Below, one piece after another: positions 1 to 9,652 of a stretch of 64,000 nucleotides of DNA. The notes beneath the pieces were generated by a model. It ran no database searches. It worked only from the letters and a program-made list of their open reading frames with translations, and was not told the DNA's origin. Made by a program: the position numbers and the translations under genes. The DNA comes from an uncultured Candidatus Saccharibacteria bacterium (GTDB lineage: Bacteria; Patescibacteriota; Saccharimonadia; Saccharimonadales; UBA10212). The stretch's first letter is position 1. Every line of letters begins with the position of its first letter. The stretch is from NCBI GenBank assembly GCA_964400155.1, contig CAYNSQ010000001.1, positions 31,938 through 95,937 of the forward strand, given 5' to 3'.

Positions 1-120
1 GTTAGATTACAATCTGCAAGTGCTTCTGCAGTTAAACTGGTTATAAAAGCTGGTGGTAGTTTTGAGTCAGTTGAACGCATTGCTCGAGAATCAAAAAAAT
101 CTGACAAGACCGAAAAGTAG
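1..120 (+). CDS. rplO: 50S ribosomal protein L15, C-terminal fragment (5' truncated by window)
   Basis: Frame 1 reads VRLQSASASAVKLVIKAGGSF...EK*, the typical L15 C-terminal motif; lies directly upstream of secY. Confidence 0.88.
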   Translation, partial: VRLQSASASAVKLVIKAGGSFESVERIARESKKSDKTEK

Positions 121-187
121 TTTATACTTTAGTACTAGAGTTGGTGGAAATTGAAAATCAAAGTCCAAATAATAAGGGGTTAAAAGT

Positions 188-1720
188 TTGAACTGGAAAA
201 TAATAGTAAAGTCATTAGGTCACCAAGAGATGCGAAAACGTATTCTCGCGGTGCTTGGTATGCTGCTTGTTTTTCGTATCCTGGCACATATTCCAGTCCC
301 CCTGGGTGACCCTGAGACACTAAAACAAGTACTCAATAACTTGTTCGAGCAAACTAGCGGTTCTAACCTACTAGGATATTTAAATGTTCTCTCTGGAGGG
401 GCGCTGTCTAACTTTTCAATTATGCTAGTTGGGCTTGGTCCATACATTAATGCCAGTATAATTATGCAGCTTCTTACCAAAGCCATACCAAAACTGGAAG
501 CCTTGAATAAAGAAGGTGAATTTGGGCGAAAAAAGATAAATCAATACACACGCATACTGACTTTTCCACTGGCTATTGTTCAATCAATAGGTACTATTTA
601 TCTGATACGTCAGCAAGCTCAGAGTATTGGCGGTTTGGGTGATATTACAGCTAATACTTCATCGGCTGAGTGGGTGTTGATGATTGCTGCACTAACCGGT
701 GGAGCAATGATTCTGATGTGGTTGGGTGAACAGATAACTGAGCGTGGCATTGGTAATGGTATCTCTCTGCTTATTACCGTGGGAATAGTCAGCGGTTTGC
801 CTGCTATTGCTGCCCAGTTGGCTAGAACAACCACCTGGGTCAAGGCCTACGGTGAATCTGACAAAATTGTAATTCTCGGCCATGAGTTTAGCCGGCACGG
901 ACTTATAAGTGTAACGGCAATAGCCCTGGCGGTCGTCTTTATGACTTGGGCAGTAGTAAAACTAAACGAAGCTGCTCGCAGACTTACTATAAATTATGCC
1001 AAAAGAGTTCAGGGCAATCGTACTTACGGTGGTGTAACAACAACTCTACCGGTAAAACTTATAACTGCTGGCGTGATACCGATAATTTTTGCAGTTGCTT
1101 TTTTGAGTGTGCCAAGTTTCTTAGGGCAAATATTGACCCAAGGTCAAGGTGCGGCATTTCAGTCGGATACTCGCTTGGAACACTTAGGTGTTATCTTGTC
1201 TGAATTGTTCCAAAACCCAACAGCTCAGACTTTTGCAGCCGGTGGTTGGAAACCCTGGGTTTACCCGCTAACTTACTTTGGTTTGGTTTTTGTATTTACA
1301 TATTTCTACACTTCGGTGACTTTCAATGCCAAAGAGATTTCCGAAAACCTTCAAAAACAAGGTGGTTTTATAGCCAATATTAGAAGTGGCAAGCAAACTG
1401 AGAAATATTTATCTAAGACTGTTAACCGATTAACCCTTTTTGGCGCCAGCGCACTTGGCCTTTTGGCTGTTATGCCAATTGTGGCACAAATTTGGATAGA
1501 CCCATCTGTGGCGCTAGGGCTTGGCGGTACTAGCATACTTATATTGGTGGCTGTTTCGCTTGAGACACTGCGTCAGGTAGAGTCTCGAGCTATGATGATT
1601 ACCTACGACCAATACGAACAGCCGGATTATTTTTATGACACTGGTGGTGCTACCGGCGCACTGGGAGCTCGTAAATTATCATTTATCCCACGCCCCAAAC
1701 TACCCCGACGTAAAAAGTAA
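188..1720 (+). CDS. secY: Preprotein translocase subunit SecY
   Basis: Motifs GLGPYINASII, WLGEQITERGIGNGISL, GVIPIIFA, GGTSILILV; position after rplO; TTG start. Confidence 0.99.
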   Translation: MNWKIIVKSLGHQEMRKRILAVLGMLLVFRILAHIPVPLGDPETLKQVLNNLFEQTSGSNLLGYLNVLSGGALSNFSIMLVGLGPYINASIIMQLLTKAIPKLEALNKEGEFGRKKINQYTRILTFPLAIVQSIGTIYLIRQQAQSIGGLGDITANTSSAEWVLMIAALTGGAMILMWLGEQITERGIGNGISLLITVGIVSGLPAIAAQLARTTTWVKAYGESDKIVILGHEFSRHGLISVTAIALAVVFMTWAVVKLNEAARRLTINYAKRVQGNRTYGGVTTTLPVKLITAGVIPIIFAVAFLSVPSFLGQILTQGQGAAFQSDTRLEHLGVILSELFQNPTAQTFAAGGWKPWVYPLTYFGLVFVFTYFYTSVTFNAKEISENLQKQGGFIANIRSGKQTEKYLSKTVNRLTLFGASALGLLAVMPIVAQIWIDPSVALGLGGTSILILVAVSLETLRQVESRAMMITYDQYEQPDYFYDTGGATGALGARKLSFIPRPKLPRRKK

Positions 1721-1735
1721 ACTCTAGTTACAAGC

Positions 1736-2260
1736 GTGAAAAACGAAGACGAACTATTAGATCTCGTAGATAAGAACGATGAAGTGATAGGTACGATTTA
1801 TCGATCGAAGACCTCAAATGATGACTTTGGCGGTTATTTGCGAGCATCGGAGCTACTGATCGTCAATGATAAAGGTCTGCTATGGATACCACGCAGGCAA
1901 ATGCATAAGCGCATTGCTCCTGGAGGCTTAGACTTTAGTGCAGCCGGACATGTAGCAAGTGGTGAGGATTATATGGATGCACTATCGAGAGAGGTAGAAG
2001 AAGAAATTAATATTGTGCTCGATGAAACTAAATTAAATTTCTTAAAAAAATTCAAACCAAAACCAAACTTACCGCCATATTTTCGAGCAGTATACCTATA
2101 CGATTGCAATGAGATACCTAAATATAACCATGATGATTTTAGCGAAAGTTTCTGGATAAGCCCAGATGATTTGCTGGCAAAACTCAAAGCAGGGGAGCCT
2201 GCAAAGCTAAGTCTCTTTGAAACAATAGAGTTCATAGTCTCACGAAAAAAACTTACCTAG
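1736..2260 (+). CDS. NUDIX hydrolase (Idi/YfcD-like)
   Basis: Nudix box GHVASGEDYMDALSREVEEE; N-terminal ELLDLVDKNDEVIG. Confidence 0.85.
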   Translation: MKNEDELLDLVDKNDEVIGTIYRSKTSNDDFGGYLRASELLIVNDKGLLWIPRRQMHKRIAPGGLDFSAAGHVASGEDYMDALSREVEEEINIVLDETKLNFLKKFKPKPNLPPYFRAVYLYDCNEIPKYNHDDFSESFWISPDDLLAKLKAGEPAKLSLFETIEFIVSRKKLT

Positions 2261-2321
2261 TCTATTAAGCCTATATTTTAGTTTTGAACAAGCACGTGAA
2301 GAGCTATAAATATTAATAAGC

Positions 2322-2350
2322 TTTACAAATTAATATACTTATGCTATAAT
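2322..2350 (+). promoter_or_regulatory. Sigma70-type promoter TTTACA-N17-TATAAT (extended -10)
   Basis: Near-consensus boxes at 2322-2327 and 2345-2350, upstream of the TauE gene. Confidence 0.7.
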
Positions 2351-2359
2351 GTACTTCAA

Positions 2360-2389
2360 ATGCGGTCATTGAACCGTTTTCTCTTCTAA
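2360..2389 (+). CDS. Putative leaderless uORF MRSLNRFLF
   Basis: ATG 9 nt after TATAAT; TAA at 2387-2389; overlaps a small GCGGT/ACCGT hairpin. Confidence 0.3.
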   Translation: MRSLNRFLF

Positions 2390-2418
2390 AAAACACTTAA
2401 CAAAAAAAGGATTACTCA

Positions 2419-3156
2419 GTGAATGAAATAATATTTATATTTCTATCTTTTTTACTTGGTGCATTATCTGGCTTTCTTGGTGGAATTGCTACCGGAGCTG
2501 GCTTTATAGCTATTCCAGGCATGATTATGCTTGGTTTGTCTCCAAGTACTGCTATTGCCACTAATAATTTAACTGTTGCATCTAGTATTTCTTCTGCCTT
2601 CAGATACCATCAGTCAAAACTAATAAAGTATCACAGTTTATTTCCACTGATGTGCCTGAGCTTCATAGGAGGTCTTGTGGGGCCTTTGTTGCTTATACAG
2701 ATTAATGCGGAGCTAATGCAAAGATTTTTTGGGGTAATTTGTTTAGTAATGGCGATTACAATATCCAAAAATGACTACAATACCTTTAAGGCTGAAGGGT
2801 CAATTAATAAATTTAAAGGTGGTGCTAGCATCTTTGTAGCAAGTGCTCTTGCAGGACTATTTGGTACCGGAGGAGGTATTTTAACGATATTTGCCTTGCT
2901 ACAATTTTATAAAATGAGTATTACTGCAGCCAACGCCTCATCCAAAATTATCGGACTAACCGGTACGATTTCAACTTTGTTAGTTTTTCTACAAACAGGA
3001 TTAATTAACTTTCAAGTTGGCATACCACTGATGATTGGATCTGCTTTTGGTGGCTATGCTGGTGCTCATACAGCAATAAAAAAAGGTGATAAGAGAGTAA
3101 AGAAAATATTTTTAGCTTTAATAATCATTCTAGGCGTTAAAATGTTAATTTTTTAA
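2419..3156 (+). CDS. Sulfite exporter TauE/SafE family membrane protein
   Basis: Duplicated GxxxGxxGxGGG motifs, ~8 TM helices, C-terminal GGYAGAHTAIKKG. Confidence 0.88.
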   Translation: MNEIIFIFLSFLLGALSGFLGGIATGAGFIAIPGMIMLGLSPSTAIATNNLTVASSISSAFRYHQSKLIKYHSLFPLMCLSFIGGLVGPLLLIQINAELMQRFFGVICLVMAITISKNDYNTFKAEGSINKFKGGASIFVASALAGLFGTGGGILTIFALLQFYKMSITAANASSKIIGLTGTISTLLVFLQTGLINFQVGIPLMIGSAFGGYAGAHTAIKKGDKRVKKIFLALIIILGVKMLIF

Positions 3157-3165
3157 AATTAACTC

Positions 3166-3194
3166 TTTACAAACAGAGTGAGGGTGTGTATAAT
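3166..3194 (+). promoter_or_regulatory. Promoter of the infA-rpmJ-alpha operon, TTTACA-N17-TATAAT
   Basis: Consensus-like boxes with 17-nt spacer. Confidence 0.7.
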
Positions 3195-3211
3195 TTGATG
3201 AAGTTATATTT

Positions 3212-3433
3212 ATGGCACGCGAGAAGGAAGTAATTGAACTATTGGGAACGGTGATAGAAGCCCTCCCAGGAACACAGTTCGTAGTAGAGCTCGAAAACGG
3301 TCATAAAATTATAGCTCATGTTGCGGGGAAAATGAGGAAGAATTACATTCGACTTGTTCCCGGTGACCGCGTGAAGGTAGAATTGACACCTTACGATCTG
3401 ACGAAGGGTCGGATAACCTTCCGCGAATCGTAG
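3212..3433 (+). CDS. infA: Translation initiation factor IF-1
   Basis: [10 protein letters not shown]...[30 protein letters not shown]. Confidence 0.99.
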   Translation: MAREKEVIELLGTVIEALPGTQFVVELENGHKIIAHVAGKMRKNYIRLVPGDRVKVELTPYDLTKGRITFRES

Positions 3434-3493
3434 AACTAAAAGTTCTACATAATATTAGTAAGCAGAGAGTCACTCTGAAAGGAGTTGATCCGC

Positions 3494-3610
3494 ATGAAAG
3501 TGCGTGCAAGTGTAAAAAAAATTAGTCCTGATGATATCATAGTCCGCCGTAAAGGTCGGGTCTATGTTATTAATAAATTCAAAAAAAAGCATAAGCAGAG
3601 GCAAGGCTAA
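3494..3610 (+). CDS. rpmJ: 50S ribosomal protein L36 (Cys-free form); not in ORF track
   Basis: Manual translation [38 protein letters not shown]; AAGGAG SD; stop overlaps rpsM ATG. Confidence 0.98.
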   Translation: MKVRASVKKISPDDIIVRRKGRVYVINKFKKKHKQRQG

Positions 3611-3996
3611 TGGCACGCATATCTGGTGTAACAATTCCTGATGCCAAACAGATTCAAGTATCTTTAACTTACGTTTATGGTATTGGTCCAAAAACAGCTG
3701 GCGATATACTAAGTGCCGCTAAAGTAGAGCCAACGGTTCGTACAAAAGATCTTACAGATGCAGAAATTTCAAGAATCCAGGATGTAATCAACGCTGACTT
3801 AGTTGTCGAAGGTGAACTCCACCGGCAAGTAACTGGCAACATTAAACGCTTGAAAGATATTAAATCATATAGAGGGCTGCGCCACACAGCAAGCTTACCT
3901 AGTCGTGGACAACGTACCAAAACCAACGCCAGAACTCGAAGAGGTAAAAAAGTGACTGTTGGCGGAACAGCTAAGAAAGTGGCGGCAAAGACTTAA
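3610..3996 (+). CDS. rpsM: 30S ribosomal protein S13
   Basis: MARISGV...LTYVYGIG...YRGLRH...RGQRTKTNARTR. Confidence 0.99.
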   Translation: MARISGVTIPDAKQIQVSLTYVYGIGPKTAGDILSAAKVEPTVRTKDLTDAEISRIQDVINADLVVEGELHRQVTGNIKRLKDIKSYRGLRHTASLPSRGQRTKTNARTRRGKKVTVGGTAKKVAAKT

Positions 3997-3997
3997 A

Positions 3998-4486
3998 ATG
4001 GCGGATAAACCAGTGAAAGAAGAATTAGACAAAACCACAGACCCTGTTGACGCATCGGTTGTTGCAGGTAATGAGGCTGATAATAATGCAGAAGCTACAA
4101 CTGTAACACCTGCAAAGCGTAAAAAGAATAAACGCACCGTAACTGCCGGCCATGTGCACGTACTTGCTACTTTCAATAACACTATTATTACTGTTTCAGA
4201 CCCTCAGGGGGCAGTATTAACTACTGCTAGCGCCGGCAGTTCTGGTTTTAGAGGGTCTAAGAAGGGGACAGCTTACGCTGCCCAGGTAGCAGCTGAAAAA
4301 GCTATTGGTCTGGCACGACAGGACTTTGGTCTTAGCAAAGTTGATGTTTCTGTAAAAGGTATAGGACTGGGTCGTGAAGCAGCGATAAGAACTCTTATTA
4401 GTCAAAAAATTCAGGTAGATAACATCCGTGATATAACTCCAATTGCTCACGGTGGAGTAAGGCCAAGAAAGGCCAAGAGGAACTAG
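3998..4486 (+). CDS. rpsK: 30S ribosomal protein S11 with acidic N-terminal extension
   Basis: ATFNNTIIT, GFRGSKKGTAYAAQ, DITPIAHGG; start moved to ATG 3998 just after the rpsM stop. Confidence 0.97.
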   Translation: MADKPVKEELDKTTDPVDASVVAGNEADNNAEATTVTPAKRKKNKRTVTAGHVHVLATFNNTIITVSDPQGAVLTTASAGSSGFRGSKKGTAYAAQVAAEKAIGLARQDFGLSKVDVSVKGIGLGREAAIRTLISQKIQVDNIRDITPIAHGGVRPRKAKRN

Positions 4487-4488
4487 CT

Positions 4489-5106
4489 ATGGCAAGAGAT
4501 AGAAGTTCTGTAGTTAAACAGTCGCGCCGTGAAGGTTATGCGCTACATCCAAAAGCCCATAAGGCTCTTGTTAAAAGGACAGCTTTACCGGGCGAACAGA
4601 ACACTGGCGGTCGGCGACCTAAAGCCAGCCAATACTCCCTTCAACTGCGTGAAAAACAAAAAGTCAAAAGACTATATGGGCTACTAGAAAGACAGTTTGC
4701 CAAACTTATGGATGAGGCAGTGCGGACAGACGGTCCATCTGGAGCACAACTTCTAGAATTTCTGGAAAGAAGATTAGACAACGTTGTATACCGTGCAGGA
4801 TATGCCAGTTCAAGACGAGCTGCACGTCAATTGGTTAGCCACGGACACTTTATGCTTAACGACCGTCGAGTAGATGTTCCATCAATTCGAGTAAATGCAA
4901 ACGATCACATTGTGCTGAGACAACATTCTCAAGCTAATGCATATTTTAAGAATATTGATACCCTCAGTCCAGCTCCATCAAGCACACCAAGCTGGTTGAG
5001 TATTAACCGTAAGAAATTTGAAATTAAAGTAACAGGTGCTCCGACTCGTGACGATGCCGAGCCGGACATCAAAGAGCAACTAATAGTTGAGTACTACTCT
5101 AGGTAA
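4489..5106 (+). CDS. rpsD: 30S ribosomal protein S4
   Basis: QLREKQKVKRLYGLLERQF, LERRLDNVVYR, ARQLVSHGH, VEYYSR. Confidence 0.99.
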   Translation: MARDRSSVVKQSRREGYALHPKAHKALVKRTALPGEQNTGGRRPKASQYSLQLREKQKVKRLYGLLERQFAKLMDEAVRTDGPSGAQLLEFLERRLDNVVYRAGYASSRRAARQLVSHGHFMLNDRRVDVPSIRVNANDHIVLRQHSQANAYFKNIDTLSPAPSSTPSWLSINRKKFEIKVTGAPTRDDAEPDIKEQLIVEYYSR

Positions 5107-5136
5107 AAGAAGAGAAAGAAAGGGACAACAACTAAT

Positions 5137-6087
5137 ATGAGTAAACTAATTCACACGCCAGCACTAGCAGGAATCACTGACCACGGACCTACTAGTTCTA
5201 CATTCACTATAGAACCGTTACACACCGGATATGGTATGACTTTGGGTAATAGCATGCGCCGCGTTCTACTCTCTTCTATCGCAGGAGCAGCTGTCACCGG
5301 ATTTCGAATTCAAGGCATTTCGCACGAATTTACCACTGTTAAAGGTGTTAAAGAAGATGTTGTGGCTATTATGCAAAATCTTAAAACTATAAGATTTAAA
5401 GTGTATAGCGACCAGCCACAAGTCCTAACAATCAGTAAAAAAGGTAGCGGCTTAGTTACGGCAAAAGACATTGAAACAAATGCAGATGTTGAAGTAGTAA
5501 ACCCTAACGCCGTTATATGTACGATTGATGATGCCAAAGGGTCGGTAGTTATTGAGCTAACCGTTGAAACAGGACGTGGATACAGACCATTAGACGAACA
5601 AGGGTCTGGCAAGAAAAGCAGTGATATGATTTTGCTCGATGCACTGTTTACTCCGGTACTTAGAGTACGTTACAAGGTAGAAAATACCCGTGTTGGTCAA
5701 ATTACCGACTTGGATAAACTACTTTTAACAATAGATACTGATGGCTCTATTACGCCAAGAGACGCATTTGAAGAAGCTGCAGCAATTTTAGTTAACCAGT
5801 ACACTGCACTTGCCGGTCAAACTCGTGTAGAGGTGGCTGCACCATTATCAGCTGCAGAAGTTGACGCAGCAGCAGGTGGTCTTGATGGTGACGAACCATC
5901 CGAGTTAATGACATCAATTGAAGACCTAAACCTAAGTGCCCGTACTACAAACGCACTAGTCAACAATGATATTCACACCATTAAAGACCTAATTAGTTTG
6001 TCAGAAGCAGAACTTCGAGACTTGAAAGGTTTTGGAAGTAAAGCCCTGGATGAAGTTAAAGACAAAATGTCCGAATTGGAGCTATAA
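5137..6087 (+). CDS. rpoA: RNA polymerase subunit alpha
   Basis: EPLHTGYGMTLGNSMRRVLLSSI, VENTRVGQITDLDKL, alpha-CTD. Confidence 0.99.
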   Translation: MSKLIHTPALAGITDHGPTSSTFTIEPLHTGYGMTLGNSMRRVLLSSIAGAAVTGFRIQGISHEFTTVKGVKEDVVAIMQNLKTIRFKVYSDQPQVLTISKKGSGLVTAKDIETNADVEVVNPNAVICTIDDAKGSVVIELTVETGRGYRPLDEQGSGKKSSDMILLDALFTPVLRVRYKVENTRVGQITDLDKLLLTIDTDGSITPRDAFEEAAAILVNQYTALAGQTRVEVAAPLSAAEVDAAAGGLDGDEPSELMTSIEDLNLSARTTNALVNNDIHTIKDLISLSEAELRDLKGFGSKALDEVKDKMSELEL

Positions 6088-6099
6088 GAAGGAACCATA

Positions 6100-6651
6100 A
6101 TGCATCGTCACAGTTACAAAGGAAGAAAATTCGGACGTGAGGCAGATCAGCGCAAGGCGCTTATAAAAGGGTTGGCTGACTCACTCGTATTGAATGAATC
6201 CATTGAGACTACCTTGCCTAAGGCTAAAGAACTGATGCGGTACACTGAAAAACTAATAACCAAGGCCAAAAAGGGTGACTTACACAACCGACGGCAAATT
6301 ATCACCAAACTTAACACTCTTGAGGCCTCTCACAAACTTGTTGATGAGTTAGCACCAAAAATGACCGGAAGAACTAGCGGGCACTTGAGAATAGAGAAAA
6401 CAAGATCTAGAGTTGGTGATGGTGCAGTTATGGCCCGCATTACATTTGTTGACGATTTAAAAGCCAAGCAAAGTCCAAAAGTAGATGCAAATAGAAGCCT
6501 GAAATCAGAAGACAAAAATGCTTCTAAAGAAAAAGTGACTGCTAAAGCAAATAATACCAACAAGTTGCCACAGTCTGTAAAATCAGAAACGCCTCACAGC
6601 AAACCCAATTCTGAACCAGCCAAAAGATCTGGGAAAAGAGGTAACAGATAA
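6100..6651 (+). CDS. rplQ: 50S ribosomal protein L17 with ~65-aa basic C-terminal tail
   Basis: IETTLPKAKEL, EKLITKAK, RVGDGAVMA. Confidence 0.98.
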   Translation: MHRHSYKGRKFGREADQRKALIKGLADSLVLNESIETTLPKAKELMRYTEKLITKAKKGDLHNRRQIITKLNTLEASHKLVDELAPKMTGRTSGHLRIEKTRSRVGDGAVMARITFVDDLKAKQSPKVDANRSLKSEDKNASKEKVTAKANNTNKLPQSVKSETPHSKPNSEPAKRSGKRGNR

Positions 6652-7100
6652 TGAAGGCAAAAACATATTCAGAAAAACCTGCGGACGTGAAGCGTCAATG
6701 GTATTTAATTGACGCTTCTAAAGCGCCTTTAGGACGGGTTAGTACAAGAGCGGCTGCGCTTCTTATAGGCAAAGGCAAGCCAACATTTACACCGCATGTA
6801 GATGGCGGTGACTATGTTGTAATCATTAATGCGGATAAGTTAGTAGTCTCGGGTAGTAAGATGACCGATAAGATTTATTATAATCATAGTGGATACCCAA
6901 GCGGACTTCGAAAAAGAAGTCTTAATGTAGTTATGAAATCTGATCCTACAGAAGCAATAACCTCATCTGTAAGAGGAATGTTGCCAGTTAACAAACTAAG
7001 AGATGGTCGGTTAGCTCGACTAAAGGTTTATTCAGGCGACCAACATAAACACCTACCTCAGCAACCTATTGAAGTAAATATGACCAAGGAGACCAAGTAG
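6651..7100 (+). CDS. rplM: 50S ribosomal protein L13
   Basis: WYLIDA...LGR...GKGKPTFTPHVDGGDYVVIINA, VRGMLP. Confidence 0.99.
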   Translation: MKAKTYSEKPADVKRQWYLIDASKAPLGRVSTRAAALLIGKGKPTFTPHVDGGDYVVIINADKLVVSGSKMTDKIYYNHSGYPSGLRKRSLNVVMKSDPTEAITSSVRGMLPVNKLRDGRLARLKVYSGDQHKHLPQQPIEVNMTKETK

Positions 7101-7102
7101 CT

Positions 7103-7510
7103 ATGGCAAATTCATCAACACACTACCACTACGCACTAGGCCGTCGTAAAACAGCCACAGCAAGAGTTAGACTGACTAATGGCAAAGGTGAAATTGTTAT
7201 TAACGGCAAATCAGTTAACGACTACTTTTCTGGTAGTAAGTACTTACAACACGAACTTCTAAAGCCGTTTACCGTTCTAGAACTAGATCCAGAGAAATTT
7301 GGTGTTAGTGTTCGACTTATTGGCGGAGGGCATTCCAGTCAAGTAGATGCTATTCGTCTAGGAATTGCCAAAGCCTTAATTCTAGTGAACGAAGACTACA
7401 AAGGTACACTCAAAAAAGCTGATTTACTTGGACGCGACCCACGTGAGCGTGAACGCAAGAAATTTGGACTCAAATCTGCCCGCAAACAACGCCAGTTTAC
7501 TAAACGCTAA
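7103..7510 (+). CDS. rpsI: 30S ribosomal protein S9
   Basis: GRRKTATARV, RDPRERERKKFGLKSARKQRQFTKR. Confidence 0.99.
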   Translation: MANSSTHYHYALGRRKTATARVRLTNGKGEIVINGKSVNDYFSGSKYLQHELLKPFTVLELDPEKFGVSVRLIGGGHSSQVDAIRLGIAKALILVNEDYKGTLKKADLLGRDPRERERKKFGLKSARKQRQFTKR

Positions 7511-7522
7511 TATAAACTACAT

Positions 7523-8623
7523 ATGTCTATATCACCTGAAGATTTATCGGGTGGGGCGTGGAGCTTACACCTCGAAGCTCTTGAAGCAGAAGTGTATTTA
7601 AATATGGACGAGCCAGAAGGCCCGGAACTTATTAAGAGACGTAAGGAGGTTATAGCTACACTCGATCAAAAAGCGTTAACACAGTATAGTAATCAACCTG
7701 TCTCGGTAATCGGTACTCATAAGAAAACCGGCCCAGGACAAAGTACTGTACTAGCTGAAGGTGAGGATGACGAGGGTAGTATCTCTACTGTAGAAATACA
7801 GCAAAGTCCAATTGAAATGTGGCTGCATCAGGGTAAAACATATGGTGAATCGAATGGTTTTACTATCCTTGACTTAGATGAAGACCTTAAGTTTGTTGAT
7901 GAATCGGACGAAGAACAGGACGATAAGCTACAGACAATAAGGGATAATGCATTGGGTCGTCATGCCGTAGCACATCTTGTGATTACTGATAACAGCGGTA
8001 AAACTACTATGACACCAAATGATTTTGCTTTTGTTGCTCCAATAGTCTTTAATACCGTTGCTCCAGTAACTTCAAACTTTCTATTTGTTGAGAATAGGTC
8101 TTCAGTTTTAACTAATGATCAGCGATTAGCCGAAATTTCTAAAATATTTCAGTGCTGGACGCCAAAAAAAACAATTCTGCGCAAAAAAGTAGAAAGAGAT
8201 ATTCGTAAGGCGACGGATGGCGTTTCTGCTCTACTCGACGGGTTAACAAAGATAAAGGAACTAAGCCAAGAAACAGCACCACAAGATCTGGTGGCATTAA
8301 CTGATTGGTTGGCAATTATGTTTAAAGATCATTTTTTTAACCGCCAATATTATCTTGAAGGAAACGTACCTAGGTCATTGATTCTTGAAGGTGGGTCAAG
8401 ATGGGAAGATTTTAACCCTAATTCTAGTTACGCTGTTATTGTCGATGGTCTAGTAATAGCGCCACGTGATAAGGATAAAATCACTGAACCGACTAAAGGT
8501 GATTCGCAGGTATGTATAAGGATGAAGTTTAAAACTTCAGATGGGAGCTACATACCTGTTGCTGTTCCACTTGAAGAGCTATCATCTACAAATATTAAAA
8601 GACTACCAAACACTAGAGACTAA
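7523..8623 (+). CDS. Hypothetical acidic protein (366 aa)
   Basis: Long ORF 12 nt after rpsI; no recognisable motif. Confidence 0.75.
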   Translation: MSISPEDLSGGAWSLHLEALEAEVYLNMDEPEGPELIKRRKEVIATLDQKALTQYSNQPVSVIGTHKKTGPGQSTVLAEGEDDEGSISTVEIQQSPIEMWLHQGKTYGESNGFTILDLDEDLKFVDESDEEQDDKLQTIRDNALGRHAVAHLVITDNSGKTTMTPNDFAFVAPIVFNTVAPVTSNFLFVENRSSVLTNDQRLAEISKIFQCWTPKKTILRKKVERDIRKATDGVSALLDGLTKIKELSQETAPQDLVALTDWLAIMFKDHFFNRQYYLEGNVPRSLILEGGSRWEDFNPNSSYAVIVDGLVIAPRDKDKITEPTKGDSQVCIRMKFKTSDGSYIPVAVPLEELSSTNIKRLPNTRD

Positions 8624-8692
8624 TCTACTCCTAGTCACTAAATTATTGGTTTTGTTTGGCTGATACTATTTTTCAGGATATCATTGTATGTA

Positions 8693-9469
8693 ATGGATGA
8701 GGTAATTCTATCAGCTGCGGTGACTGTTTTTGTATTTATGAGCCTAGGCTACATAATCTCTTTGCTTGCAAAGGATGCATCTTTAGTAGATATATTCTGG
8801 GGACTAGGCTTTGTGCTGATAGCAGCAATATTGATGTATACAACAGATAATGTATCTGTAGTTCAGATATTTACATCGCTATTAGTATACATTTGGGGGT
8901 TTAGGCTCACTTATCACATAGCCAGGCGAAAACTCGGCAAACCGGAAGACTTTAGATATGTGGCTATGCGCAAAAAATGGGGCAAATCATTTGTTTGGCG
9001 CAGTTTCTTTACAATTTTTATGTTGCAAGGTTTACTTATGCTGATTATTTCTACCAGCATTTTAGTCTCAGCTAACGCCGGTGATGATGGCAATACTTTG
9101 TATTGGTGGCAAGTGCTTGGAGTGGCTATTTGGGGAGTGGGTTATATATTTGAAGTTGTTGGTGATATGCAATTATCTCAATTCCTAAAGAAGAGAAAGA
9201 GCAAAGACGAAATTATTACTACCGGTTTATGGCGTTATACCAGGCATCCAAATTACTTTGGCGAAGCAGTGCAATGGTGGGGGATATGGTTATTGGTTAT
9301 AGGATTGCCATACGGTTTATGGGCAATCGTTAGCCCTCTACTACTAACATACCTACTGGTATATGTATCAGGTGTACCAATGTTAGAGAAGAAATACGCT
9401 AAAAACAAACAATTCCAAGCGTACGCTAAAAAAACTTCAAAATTTATACCAATGCCACCAAAAACTTGA
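8693..9469 (+). CDS. DUF1295 / steroid 5-alpha-reductase-like membrane protein
   Basis: [37 protein letters not shown]; ATG 8693 preferred (8 nt after TATCAT). Confidence 0.9.
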   Translation: MDEVILSAAVTVFVFMSLGYIISLLAKDASLVDIFWGLGFVLIAAILMYTTDNVSVVQIFTSLLVYIWGFRLTYHIARRKLGKPEDFRYVAMRKKWGKSFVWRSFFTIFMLQGLLMLIISTSILVSANAGDDGNTLYWWQVLGVAIWGVGYIFEVVGDMQLSQFLKKRKSKDEIITTGLWRYTRHPNYFGEAVQWWGIWLLVIGLPYGLWAIVSPLLLTYLLVYVSGVPMLEKKYAKNKQFQAYAKKTSKFIPMPPKT

Positions 9470-9494
9470 CCAACACTTCAGTGTTGTATAGAAT
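9466..9494 (+). promoter_or_regulatory. Promoter TTGACC-N17-TAGAAT with palindrome CAACAC-TTCA-GTGTTG across the spacer
   Basis: Boxes at 9466-9471 and 9489-9494; inverted repeat at 9471-9486. Confidence 0.75.
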
Positions 9495-9503
9495 TAAAAT
9501 CCA

Positions 9504-9578
9504 ATGACAACAGAACAATATTTTGCCGCCGGATGGTCGTTTACCCACTCACCAGTGGCGGTTTGTTCTGTGAGCTAA
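9504..9578 (+). CDS. Putative attenuator leader peptide MTTEQYFAAGWSFTHSPVAVCSVS
   Basis: ATG 9 nt after -10; Trp codon 9534-9536 sits in stem segment 1; TAA at 9576-9578. Confidence 0.65.
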   Translation: MTTEQYFAAGWSFTHSPVAVCSVS

Positions 9579-9632
9579 TAGTCTAGAAAATACGAGAACA
9601 TTGAAGAGACCGCCACAAAGCAGGCGGTTTTT
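9510..9632 (+). promoter_or_regulatory. Transcription attenuator (1:2 protector, 2:3 antiterminator, 3:4 terminator)
   Basis: ACAGAACAA/TTGTTCTGT plus GCCGCC/GGCGGT; GTGGCGGTTT/AGACCGCCAC; ACCGCC-N8-GGCGGT-TTTT. Confidence 0.75.
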
Positions 9633-9652
9633 AATTATTAAGGAGAAAATAA

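Noticed and set aside
2355-2415. SAM-II/SAM-V riboswitch (TTGAACCGT...AAAAAGG resemblance)
   Set aside because: Could not build the P1 stem or pseudoknot; an Rfam scan would settle it
3959-3997. Longer TTG start for rpsK
   Set aside because: Overlaps rpsM; ATG 3998 right after the rpsM stop is more plausible
9500-9640. T-box riboswitch upstream of trpS
   Set aside because: No T-box consensus (GGTGGxACC) antiterminator bulge or stem I; too short; the leader-peptide model fits better
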